From assembly GCA_963743425.1 (NCBI GenBank), contig CAVUPU010000001.1, forward strand, positions 302,003 through 366,002: 64,000 bases of DNA, given 5' to 3'. Below, in pieces: positions 39,071 to 47,313 of the stretch (positions are counted from its first letter, which is position 1; every line of letters starts with the position of its first letter). Origin of the DNA: an uncultured Acidobacteriota bacterium. GTDB taxonomy: Bacteria; Acidobacteriota; Blastocatellia; RBC074. Below the pieces are notes generated by a model, which searched no databases, was not told where the DNA came from, and worked only from the letters and a program-made list of their open reading frames with translations. The position numbers and the translations under genes were made by a program.

Positions 39071-39290
39071 CTATCCATTGTCGATCACGAACGTGGCGCG
39101 CGAGCCGAAGCCATGAGCTTCGTTGAAGATGCCATAAAACCTGTGTTTCCCCCTGGTGAATTCGGCGATATCAGCCTGATACGCCCGCATCCCCTTCGTT
39201 CAGCCGCCGGTGAAGGCTAATACAATACATAGAAGGCCAGCACGACGTTCTTCTTGCCGATGGTGTGATGCGACGTCTGTCGAGAGGATT
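39071..39290 (-). pseudogene. Eroded AhpE/Prx-like peroxiredoxin remnant with TGA at the peroxidatic-Cys position
   Basis: One frame reads ...TIGKKNVVLAFY and a second reads LAFTGG[TGA]TKGMRAYQADIAEF...YGIFNEAHGFGSRATFVIDNG*. Compared with the AhpE-type pattern FFPLAFTGxC...AYGVFNE...RGTFVVD, the N-terminus, a middle block and the C-terminus are missing. Confidence 0.5.
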
Positions 39291-39547
39291 AGGATTAATC
39301 CGTCAGCTTTGTTGCGGCGTTTCGTCGCATTGAGCTAATATGCCCGACGTTGTGATACTCCCTCCGCGACCTGTACCGAGAGGTCGGCGGTGGGCAAAAT
39401 TGTTCAAAAAGAGAGCAACCACACTAAATAAAGTGGCATCACAGGCGCCGAAAAGCAGTGCAGAGGTTCTTGAAATCCCGTTGACACTGCGCCGCCCCAC
39501 TCCTCGAATGAAGTCCGTGATGCCCGCTTCAGGAGCAGGCGAACAGC

Positions 39548-40186
39548 GTGACCACAGATGGGACGAACAACGTCGCGCCGAATTCTCTTTCGGATTATGA
39601 ATTGGCGCAGGCGTCCGCGCGCGGAGATATGCAGGCGTTCGAGACGGTTTACGAACGTCATTATCGGCGCGTTTACAGCTTATGTTTGCGGATGGTGGCC
39701 AACGCCACTGAAGCTGAAGACCTGACGCAGGAAGTCTTCATCCAGCTCTTTCGCAAGATCGGCAGTTTTCGAGGCGAATCCGCTTTCACCACGTGGTTGC
39801 ATCGCCTCACGGTCAACCACGTCCTGATGCACTTCCGCAAACGCGGAGTTCGGCTCGAGAAGACGACCGAAGAGGGTGAGATCGGCGAGATCCAGGATTT
39901 CCTCCAAGCCGGCGCAGAGCGTCCGCGCTTTATCGACCGCATCGCGCTGGACAAAGCTATCTCGGAGTTGCCCCCCGGATACCGGACGGTCTTCATCCTC
40001 CACGATGTCGAAGGATTTGAACATGAAGAGGTCGCCGACATGCTGGGAGTCAGCGTCGGCACATCGAAATCTCAGTTGCACAAGGCACGAATGCGGCTGA
40101 GAGAGTTGTTGACCAAAAAAACAGATACGAAGAAAGATACGAAGAAAGATACGAAGAAAGGGACGAAGAAAGGGACGAAAAAATGA
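39548..40186 (+). CDS. ECF-subfamily sigma-70 factor with a Lys-rich repetitive C-terminal tail
   Basis: Region 2 is [36 protein letters not shown] and region 4 is [27 protein letters not shown]. The tail is [27 protein letters not shown] start is assumed. Confidence 0.8.
   Translation: MTTDGTNNVAPNSLSDYELAQASARGDMQAFETVYERHYRRVYSLCLRMVANATEAEDLTQEVFIQLFRKIGSFRGESAFTTWLHRLTVNHVLMHFRKRGVRLEKTTEEGEIGEIQDFLQAGAERPRFIDRIALDKAISELPPGYRTVFILHDVEGFEHEEVADMLGVSVGTSKSQLHKARMRLRELLTKKTDTKKDTKKDTKKGTKKGTKK
40124..40183 (+). repeat. 5 x 12-bp tandem repeat encoding (D/G)TKK at the sigma-factor 3' end
   Basis: gatacgaagaaa x3, then gggacgaagaaa and gggacgaaaaaa, immediately before the stop codon. Confidence 0.85.
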
Positions 40187-40211
40187 TGAAAGGGCAAGAG
40201 AGGAAAAAGGT

Positions 40212-40895
40212 ATGGAATGTCGAGCAGTTGTAAGTTCGTTGTCCGACTATCTCGACGGTCGAAATATCTGGGTATCGGATGACGAGATCGAACAAATCGA
40301 AACGCACCTGACCAACTGCCCCACCTGTCGAAATCTCAAACTCGAACTGAGCGAAATCAAAAACGCCGCCCGCGAATTGCCCCTGCACACCCCGCCACCC
40401 GCGCTCTGGACGCGAATTTCGAAAGCGATAGAAGCCGAGATCCCAACCGAGAACAGACCCATCCGTGAGGCTCAAAACGCCTCGGGCTGGTGGGGCTGGC
40501 TGAACTCGCGCAAATTCACTTTCAGCCTGCCTCAGTTGGCGGCGGGCGGCGCGTTCGCTGCGCTTTTAATCGTCGCCGGGATTTCCGTCGTCTTTGACGC
40601 GAATTCCGGACCGGTGGATTTCAGGGGCGCCCAAAATGCGCTGCTGCCCGAAGAAGACGAGATCAAAGCGGACCTGGAGCGCCGGCTGGGCGCGATCAAC
40701 GCGCGCAAGGCTCAATGGGATTCGCAGAGGCGCGACGATTTCGAACAGCGCATGAACAGGATCGATGAATCGTTGAAGCGATGCCGTTATATGTTAGAGG
40801 ACAATCCGAAAGACGCCGCTCATCAAGAGATGGTGCGCGAATTGTACAACGAGAAGCGCCAGCTTATAGAGGATGTCGAAAGACTGAAATGGTGA
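40212..40895 (+). CDS. Anti-sigma factor (zf-HC2 type, single TM)
   Basis: CRAVVSSLSDYLDG...HLTNCPTCRNL is the HxxxCxxC anti-sigma motif. The TM segment is LAAGGAFAALLIVAGISVVF. It lies directly downstream of the ECF sigma gene. Confidence 0.75.
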   Translation: MECRAVVSSLSDYLDGRNIWVSDDEIEQIETHLTNCPTCRNLKLELSEIKNAARELPLHTPPPALWTRISKAIEAEIPTENRPIREAQNASGWWGWLNSRKFTFSLPQLAAGGAFAALLIVAGISVVFDANSGPVDFRGAQNALLPEEDEIKADLERRLGAINARKAQWDSQRRDDFEQRMNRIDESLKRCRYMLEDNPKDAAHQEMVRELYNEKRQLIEDVERLKW

Positions 40896-41641
40896 AAGAG
40901 ATTCCGAACCGCCTTCCATCTTCAAAGTCGGTCGCGCAATCGCTATCAGCGCTGGCAATAGGCTTCGCGGTTTTAACCGCATCAGCCTCTTCGTCCAGCG
41001 CTCAAACTTTCAGCCGGGCCTTCGCCGTGTCGCCCGAAAGGAGCGAACTCGAAGTCGTGAACCAGGCCGGGACGATCAAGGTGACCGCCGGCGCCAACCC
41101 CGCCAGGATCGTGATCAACGCCAGGCAGAGCGACGGCGAGGCGAAGATCGACGTCACGCAAAACTCAGTGGGAAAGATCAAGGTTGAAGTGACAGGACGC
41201 GGAAGGGTCGATTTCGAAATCGCCGTCCCGGCTTCGAGCAGCATCGATCTGCTCTCTTTTCGAGGCGCGATCGTGGTCACGAACCTGGCCGGCGCGGTTC
41301 GCGCCCGCGTCACCGACGGCGACATTCAGATCACCGGATTGCGCAGCGCGAAAGTCGAAGCCCATTGCAGCCAGGGCAATGTCAGTTTCAGCGGAGAGGT
41401 TTTGCCCAGCGGCAGCTATACCCTGAAATCTTTTTCGGGCCGTGTTGACGCCACTTTACCGGCCGACGCCGATTTCAAACTCTCGGCGTCCTCGTTTAGC
41501 GGAGGGATGTACCTCGACGCGTTCCAGATGAAGTTCGATAAACGGTCTCAAAAGTTGGTGGAAGCGTCGCACGGCGCGGGCCGCGCTTCAATAAGTTTAT
41601 GGACTCAGGAAGGAAGCATTCATCTTCACCGCAAACCCTGA
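40889..41641 (+). CDS. DUF4097-like beta-strand-repeat protein (putative adhesin fold)
   Basis: The start ATG overlaps the anti-sigma stop. There is a signal peptide, and GxIxV-type strands recur ([47 protein letters not shown]). Confidence 0.6.
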   Translation: MVKEIPNRLPSSKSVAQSLSALAIGFAVLTASASSSSAQTFSRAFAVSPERSELEVVNQAGTIKVTAGANPARIVINARQSDGEAKIDVTQNSVGKIKVEVTGRGRVDFEIAVPASSSIDLLSFRGAIVVTNLAGAVRARVTDGDIQITGLRSAKVEAHCSQGNVSFSGEVLPSGSYTLKSFSGRVDATLPADADFKLSASSFSGGMYLDAFQMKFDKRSQKLVEASHGAGRASISLWTQEGSIHLHRKP

Positions 41642-42789
41642 TCGCGGATTGCGGGTTGCGGATTGCGGATTGCGGATTGCGGATTGTCGCTTCCCGCAAC
41701 CGGATTGTTCTTTTGACTGTTCTCTGTTTCGCTCATTACGTCTTCACTTCGAGTTTACAATTCCACAATCCGCACGGCGCACATTACAACTCGCCGCTCA
41801 CAATTCCAAAAAACCGCAAACCGCAAACTGCAAACCGCAAACCGCAATCCGCAATCCAGGACCCGCCGAAGCGCGAAATAATTCTCTCGGAGATCATCAA
41901 GCTGAACACCGATCTGGTCGTGATCGATGCGCAGGCGCTCGACCGGAAGACCGGACAGATCATCAATGGGTTGAAGGCCGCCGATTTTGAATTGTACGAA
42001 GACGGCGTCAGACAGGAGATCGCGCATTTCAGCCAGGACGGCTTTGCGCTTTCGGTGATTCTGCTGATGGATTTGAGCGGCAGCGTCAGCCCCGTTCTCA
42101 AAGAGATTCAATCGGGCGCCCTGCTGGCGTTGGAGAGATTGAAAGAGAACGACGAGGTGGCGGTGATAGCCTTCTCCTCCGACACGCAACTGGTTCAGGA
42201 CTTCACCCTCGACCGGAAGCTGATCGTCGAACGGGTCGGCCATATCGAAAAGACGCCCGTCATAGGGCAGGGAACATCGCTCTTCCAAGGGTTGCGCGAC
42301 GCCGCCATTCACATGAACAAAGCCAGCAATCCATTGAGCCGCCGGGCGATCATCGCCGTCACCGACAACGTCGCCTGGGAATACCATTTCTCCGGCCTCT
42401 CGGAGAAGGAGGTCGCCGATAAGATTTTCGAATCGGGCAGCATGGTCTGCGGCCTTGTGGTCGAAGGCGCGATGACCAGGACCGAAAAGATCTTCAATTG
42501 GCATCGCCCCGTCGCCGACATCTACCGCCGCAGAATGATGGTCGACCCCTTCGCCGCCCAAACCGGAGGCGAGGTGATCAAATCGGATAAGACCGAAGTC
42601 AACGCGCGGCTGGCTCTGCTGATCGATCATTTGAGGACCCGCTACAGCCTCGGCTTCATCTCGAAGAAGGAGCAGGCCGATGGAAGCTTCCGCCGGATCA
42701 GCCTGGCTTTGACGTCCGAAGCCCGGAAGCGCCTGGGCGATGTCGTGATCAGAACCAAACAGGGCTATTACGCGCGCCCGCAGAAATAG
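41599..42789 (+). CDS. VWA-domain protein (TIGR03436-like); start codon uncertain
   Basis: [41 protein letters not shown] followed by [11 protein letters not shown] (a MIDAS-like DxSxS). The 5' region overlaps two heptamer repeat arrays, so the true start may lie between 41599 and about 41713. Confidence 0.7.
   Translation: MDSGRKHSSSPQTLIADCGLRIADCGLRIVASRNRIVLLTVLCFAHYVFTSSLQFHNPHGAHYNSPLTIPKNRKPQTANRKPQSAIQDPPKREIILSEIIKLNTDLVVIDAQALDRKTGQIINGLKAADFELYEDGVRQEIAHFSQDGFALSVILLMDLSGSVSPVLKEIQSGALLALERLKENDEVAVIAFSSDTQLVQDFTLDRKLIVERVGHIEKTPVIGQGTSLFQGLRDAAIHMNKASNPLSRRAIIAVTDNVAWEYHFSGLSEKEVADKIFESGSMVCGLVVEGAMTRTEKIFNWHRPVADIYRRRMMVDPFAAQTGGEVIKSDKTEVNARLALLIDHLRTRYSLGFISKKEQADGSFRRISLALTSEARKRLGDVVIRTKQGYYARPQK
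41644..41685 (+). repeat. 6 x 7-bp tandem repeat GCGGATT
   Basis: gcggatt gcgggtt gcggatt gcggatt gcggatt gcggatt. Confidence 0.9.
41812..41857 (+). repeat. About 6.5 x 7-bp tandem repeat AACCGCA/ATCCGCA (near-complement of the 41644 array)
   Basis: aaccgca aaccgca aactgca aaccgca aaccgca atccgca atcc. Confidence 0.9.
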
Positions 42790-42890
42790 AGCCCAGCCAC
42801 GCCAGAGTACTCCCTAACCGCACACCGTGCTATATTTGGAATAGCGCTTGCCAGAGATCAAGCGCCGACCAAACTGAAAGGGGACGCGCG

Positions 42891-43151
42891 ATGGACACAC
42901 CGACACTTGATGAAGTTCTCGAACTGGCAAGGCGATTACCGATCGCTGATCAGCAAAGGCTAGTAAGATTGTTGAGCCCGCCGAAGACGATCGAGCAACT
43001 CGCGGAAGAGCAGGGAATTAAGCCGCTGGACTGGGATGCCGCGCGGAAGCGCGCCTCCGGCATCTGGCCCGAGGATGAGAGCATTGATGATTTTCTCGCG
43101 TTCCTGCGAGAGTCACGGAAGGACAGCGCGCCGGAAAGCAGGGTGGGGTAA
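42891..43151 (+). CDS. Putative type II antitoxin (86 aa) paired with a vapC remnant
   Basis: Small acidic protein (MDTPTLDEVLELARRLPIADQQRLVRLL...). The next ATG follows its stop directly and opens a PIN-toxin N-terminus. Confidence 0.55.
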   Translation: MDTPTLDEVLELARRLPIADQQRLVRLLSPPKTIEQLAEEQGIKPLDWDAARKRASGIWPEDESIDDFLAFLRESRKDSAPESRVG

Positions 43152-43319
43152 ATGCGCGTCGTAATCGTCGACACTGACGTCGCATCGTTTCTCTTCAAGG
43201 GGGATACGCGCGGCGATCTCTATACACCGCATCTCGAGGGCGATACGTTGCCGGTAAGATACGAAGTGGTCAGCCGACTTAGAGTGTTTCTTGCTAACTC
43301 GAACTGCCAAAAGTCGTAA
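43152..43319 (+). pseudogene. vapC: VapC (PIN-domain toxin) truncated after about 33 aa by the low-GC insertion
   Basis: MRVVIVDTDVASFLFKGDTRGDLYTPHLEGDTL is a typical PIN N-terminus with the first acidic residue. From about 43250 the reading becomes unrelated and runs into the 3' end of the convergent TIR gene. Confidence 0.65.
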
Positions 43320-44613
43320 CCAAGAGCACAGAATTCGGCAATCTCGTTTGGATTTTTAGACAGGCTAAGATAGCCGCATAATCAATACATTCCTTTACTA
43401 CCCACGTCTCAATTCCAGTGGCCTCTGCAATGTCTTTAAAGTCTATCCACTCATTTTTCCATATCTCTCTAGCCTTTAACCACTCAGAGATTTTAGTGCC
43501 AGCTTCTACTGCTTGCTCTTGCGATAGTTCATTCTGTTGTGCTGATTCGACAACAATTTGTGTACTGCACACAAGTGTTCCAGGTCTTTCGACTTGTTCG
43601 GCACGAGCTTTTAGAGACCGAAGCAACATTCCATATGCATCAGGATTGTCGTAATATCTTAAATAGTGTAGATGGCTAAGCCTCTCAGGTATTTCGCACT
43701 CTTCCAGTAGTATGGGAATAATGAAGATATGGCCTTCCGGCTGTCTGTCTGCCTCATCCAGCACAAGCTTAATCTCTTTATGAACATAACCCCTATTATT
43801 CATAGCGTCTTTTGATAGGCAGACAATAATCGCATCGCTATTGCGTACTGCCTTTTTTATCTCAAGCTCCCAGTTTTGGCCGGGCAGTATATTCTTTTCA
43901 TCAAGCCACGCCTCTATACCATCTGCCGATAAACGATTATAGAGTTCTCTGACTGCCGGCTTGTTTTTGGAAGAATGACATAGAAACACTTTCAGCTTTT
44001 GCACTGGGGCAACGTAATCACTATGAAAACTGCCGGATTGCTGGTCAAGCTGGTTTGCTTGCTCGTCATTCGCCTGAGTCCCCATCCATTCCTCTACCTT
44101 TTCTATACCATTGATGGTAATAGACACCCTATAACCAACAGTCTTTGCCTTAATAAGGTCTTCGTCACTTAAATAATAGAGGAAATCAGAGATGTCGTCT
44201 TCTGATATTCCCTCTTCTGTTGCAATATGTTTAAAGTTGACTGTCTCCTGACTACTACCACCGGTTTTCTCAAATAATTTCTTCAGTAGCGTAAAACGCA
44301 GTTCTCGCCTCTTCTGAATAATAAGAAGTAAATCGAGAGGGGCTTGAGACTTCAAAATACTATCCTCAATCTCTAAAATACCGAGATAGCTTAGGCGTAC
44401 CAATTTATCAACCCTCTTTCTGAAGAAGCCTTTGTCTTGATAATAGGCATAAATATCACTCGCTTCATCTTCTTTGATCCCTAAGCCCTGGGCTATGTCC
44501 CATAAAGGTATCTGTCTTGCTCTCCCCCCATTAGCCGCTCTGTATACTTCCACTATCAGAAGAGTTCGGTTCTTTCGCCTCTCAGCAATATTGACTTCAG
44601 TAGGCTTGTTCAT
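43294..44613 (-). CDS. TIR-domain protein flanked by wHTH-like modules (439 aa), low GC
   Basis: The central block is KVFLCHSSKNKPAVRELYNRLSADGIEAWLDEKNILPGQNWELEIKKAVRNSDAIIVCLSKDAM...GYVHKEIKLVLD. Two N-terminal modules of about 90 aa (and possibly one C-terminal) look like winged helices. Confidence 0.7.
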   Translation of the reverse strand: MNKPTEVNIAERRKNRTLLIVEVYRAANGGRARQIPLWDIAQGLGIKEDEASDIYAYYQDKGFFRKRVDKLVRLSYLGILEIEDSILKSQAPLDLLLIIQKRRELRFTLLKKLFEKTGGSSQETVNFKHIATEEGISEDDISDFLYYLSDEDLIKAKTVGYRVSITINGIEKVEEWMGTQANDEQANQLDQQSGSFHSDYVAPVQKLKVFLCHSSKNKPAVRELYNRLSADGIEAWLDEKNILPGQNWELEIKKAVRNSDAIIVCLSKDAMNNRGYVHKEIKLVLDEADRQPEGHIFIIPILLEECEIPERLSHLHYLRYYDNPDAYGMLLRSLKARAEQVERPGTLVCSTQIVVESAQQNELSQEQAVEAGTKISEWLKAREIWKNEWIDFKDIAEATGIETWVVKECIDYAAILACLKIQTRLPNSVLLVTTFGSSS

Positions 44614-44920
44614 AAGTTTTGCTATTCCCTCTATTCATTTTCAAATAATTTAAAACTCGAATCAGAGTGCGGCAGACGGTATATTTAGGCGATCATTCCA
44701 GCGCCTTGAAGCTGATCACTGGATGCATCTCTATCCCGCTTGGCAAAGACTTGCTCTATTTCCAAAGGAAATCGTTGAGCGAAGCGAATAAGATGTACGC
44801 TTGAGCAATCCTAAAGTCAATATCCGCTTCAATCCTTCTATTCGCTCGTGTTTAAATTATTTAGTTTCTGGCTCTGTGGGCAGGTTGAGATCGCTTCGAT
44901 TCCAGCGAGTCTAATGATTC

Positions 44921-44950
44921 TTGCTGCCGAGATTTCTCCACGAGTATAAT
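44921..44950 (+). promoter_or_regulatory. Sigma-70-like promoter for the second TIR gene
   Basis: TTGCTG, an 18-nt spacer, then TATAAT, about 55 nt upstream of the ATG at 45004. That ATG has a GGTGGGAG RBS. Confidence 0.4.
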
Positions 44951-45003
44951 CCCGCCTGCCTTAGAGTTTTGCCCCAATATTTTCGGTCATATAGAGGTGG
45001 GAG

Positions 45004-45879
45004 ATGAAGATATTCCTTAGCTGGTCTGGCAATAGAAGCAAAGCTGTTGCATTGGCTCTCAGAAGTTGGATTCCCGACATCATACAAACCGTTCAACCCT
45101 GGATGTCGCAAGTGGATATTGACGCTGGTTCGCGGTGGAGTAGAGAAATGAACACCCAAATGGAAGAGACCAGGTTTGGGGTTCTTTGCCTCACAAAAGA
45201 AAATCAGACTGCGCCGTGGATACTCTTTGAGGCAGGCGCACTTGCTAAGACGATCTCAGACACTTTTGTGTGCCCTTACCTCATTGATCTTGAACCAGCC
45301 GAGATACGTCAAGGCCCTCTCACTCAGTTTCAATCAAAGAGGGCAAATGAAAAAGAAACCTGGGAGCTAATACAAGCTATCAATAAAGCCCTAAAAGAAG
45401 GCGCGCTACCAGAAGATAAACTCAAACGCGCTTTCGACAGATGGTTTCCAGACCTCAAAGAGAAGCTCGATGGCCTCCCCAAAGAGCAGCCAGAGAAAAA
45501 GCAAGATAGACCTATGGAAGAAATGGTCGAAGAAATATTAGGTCTGGCGCGTGGGATCACTCGGCGCGGGTCAGACTCCAGACATATCGAGCACCTTAAT
45601 GATAATCTGGAACGGCTTATAGAGTCAGTGAGAAACCTACCGTATGCTGCAGGCAAGATTGAAATGAATGCAGAAACAAAGCACAAATTTACAGTAGCAG
45701 TTGAGCGACTCATCAGACAAGAAGTACTTGCAGTCCTTAGACAGGCGGAAAGAGCGAGTGAAGAACACATCGCCAATCCTGACGCTGGCGCAACTCCATT
45801 AACAGATTACCTGATAGAAGCGGTACAGGAACGTATAAAGCGGGGGGAGATACACGCCAAGCTGGCGCCGGAATTTTAG
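45004..45879 (+). CDS. TIR-like domain protein with a helical/coiled-coil C-terminal half (291 aa), low GC
   Basis: MKIFLSWSGNRSKAVALALRSWIPDIIQTVQPWMSQVDIDAGSRWSREMNTQMEETRFGVLCLTKENQTAPWILFEAGALAK is a bacterial TIR-like pattern. It is divergent from the other TIR gene. Confidence 0.65.
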   Translation: MKIFLSWSGNRSKAVALALRSWIPDIIQTVQPWMSQVDIDAGSRWSREMNTQMEETRFGVLCLTKENQTAPWILFEAGALAKTISDTFVCPYLIDLEPAEIRQGPLTQFQSKRANEKETWELIQAINKALKEGALPEDKLKRAFDRWFPDLKEKLDGLPKEQPEKKQDRPMEEMVEEILGLARGITRRGSDSRHIEHLNDNLERLIESVRNLPYAAGKIEMNAETKHKFTVAVERLIRQEVLAVLRQAERASEEHIANPDAGATPLTDYLIEAVQERIKRGEIHAKLAPEF

Positions 45880-46503
45880 TCAGTCCTAGCCTGTCTACTT
45901 GCCACCCTTAAATCAGCAGGAATATTGTTTTTCTGTGCGGTCTGTATAAATTGTCTTAGGCTTGTTATTAGCCTGCATCTATCCAGCACTGACTGCTAGC
46001 AAGACTGATCCGGCTGTGGCTCTCAGGCACGGATAGGGTTTTGGCTTTTTATCTGAATCCGCGAAAGAATACTCCATCCATAGCGACAGCTTGGATGGAG
46101 ATGAATTTCGCCGCCCTGGAAGGGCTTAACTGTGCTATGCTTCGCGCAGTTCTTTGAAACTCGAATTTGGCGGTTCCGGCAGGAAGTCTGCCGGGTAAAA
46201 GTTTGAACGCTAAAGAAAAGAGTTGCAGTCGGCAAAGCGATAACCAAGCACGCCGGCAATTGCAAACAAATGTAACGGCGACGGCGCCGTGAAAAAACCG
46301 AGATTCGCTTGAATCTCCTACCCGGTCGGGCGCCGGGGAAGTAACGCCTGTGGATATATGCATCCGACACGGGTGCAGCCCAGGAATCTCCACCCATAGC
46401 CGCAAGGCTTGGGTGGAGAGGATGTCAATTGATCCTCTGGCATTGCCATGACTGGCCAAGCCGCCTTCCCGCGAAGTGGTCCCCCGACCTTTGACACTCT
46501 TGA

Positions 46504-47145
46504 TTAAACTGCCCGCGCGATCAGGGAACTGAGCGGACGAGGCGTGGCGCCGCGCAACCGCCTGGCCCAGGAAGTTTGAAGTTGCGGCCATTCGGACGGC
46601 GGCAGCGATCCGTATTCGACTACGTCAAAGCCGGTCGCCCGGTAGCGCGGGATCAAATCCGTCTCCAGGAATTCGAGCGAGAGCGGGCTTAACCTGAGTC
46701 TTTCGATCTCCGCGAGGTCGCGTTCCGGATCGAGAGCGATAACGACCTCCAGCCAGGCGCCTGGCGCGCAGACGCGTCGCAGATTGCGCAACACCACTTC
46801 ATCACCGAGCGCCAATGCGCGCAACAGGCTGCCCCACGGAAAATGCGCGTGGATCTCGTCGGCCACGCCGTCAAGCTCCGGAGGCAGGTCTTCGACCGCC
46901 GCCTGGATGAAGAGAACATTAGGCGCCCCGCCCTTCGCCGGGTTGCGATGAATCTTCTCGGCGACCTTCTCCAGAGCGCTCGACTGCGCGTCTATTCCGA
47001 TGTAGAACCGATCCGGATGTCGCCGGGCGGACTGGTAAACAAAGCTCCCGTCGCCCGTCCCCAGGTCTATGATCACGCCTCCGCCGGTAGGGGGCGATGA
47101 GGTCATGGAATGTTCATCAATCGAGAGTGTAGAATCTTTTGCCAC
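46504..47145 (-). CDS. Class I SAM-dependent methyltransferase, NpmA/KamB-like (16S rRNA m1A1408 family homologue)
   Basis: VIIDLGTGDG...FYIGIDAQ...KIHRNPAKGGAPNVLFIQAAVEDLPPELDGVADEIHAHFPWGSLL...TSWARRLR aligns block by block with my recollection of NpmA (HIDLGTGDG, FYIGID, KKPSKGGLSNVVF, AAAESLPFEL, FPWGTLL, SLWAKRL). Confidence 0.65.
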   Translation of the reverse strand: MAKDSTLSIDEHSMTSSPPTGGGVIIDLGTGDGSFVYQSARRHPDRFYIGIDAQSSALEKVAEKIHRNPAKGGAPNVLFIQAAVEDLPPELDGVADEIHAHFPWGSLLRALALGDEVVLRNLRRVCAPGAWLEVVIALDPERDLAEIERLRLSPLSLEFLETDLIPRYRATGFDVVEYGSLPPSEWPQLQTSWARRLRGATPRPLSSLIARAV

Positions 47146-47220
47146 GAATCACCTTAAGCATAAGACACGTCCTTTCCGGCAGGGAGTATAACGACGATGA
47201 GCGGCGAGCCGCAACAGGGG

Positions 47221-47279
47221 TTTGTAGTTCCGCCTTCAGGCGGCTTTTGTTCCCAGCCGCCTGAAGGCGGAACTACAAA
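47221..47279. repeat. REP-like palindromic element (family C), perfect 24-bp arms
   Basis: tttgtagttccgccttcaggcggc (47221-47244) is the exact reverse complement of 47256-47279. Confidence 0.75.
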
Positions 47280-47313
47280 CGACTCCAAACGACAATGATC
47301 GGATTGAAATCCT

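Noticed and set aside
41644-41857. Possible CRISPR array, suggested by the heptamer arrays, the 12-bp repeats at 40124-40183 and the many palindromes.
   Set aside because: The repeat units are 7 or 12 bp with no spacers, and the palindromic elements are single units rather than regularly spaced direct repeats. I saw nothing with 24-40-bp repeats alternating with unique spacers.
46100-46500. Resemblance of short strings to RNase P RNA (aggaagtctgccggg versus GAGGAAAGUCCGGGC, gtaacgcctg, ctccaccc...gcaaggc) and of the minus strand to a tmRNA 5' end.
   Set aside because: The universally conserved blocks are missing: an exact GGAAAGUCCGG, ACAGAACCCGGCUUA for RNase P, and the T-arm/CCA-proximal GGUUCGAnUCC for tmRNA. 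The order and spacing do not fit. I kept it only as an unclassified structured region.
43152-46503. Search for the missing 3' part of vapC, an integrase, or a tRNA attachment site at the right border of the low-GC TIR island.
   Set aside because: Translating all frames of 45880-46503 gave no PIN-like C-terminus or recombinase fragments, and no tRNA-like T-arm was seen. The right border therefore remains undefined.
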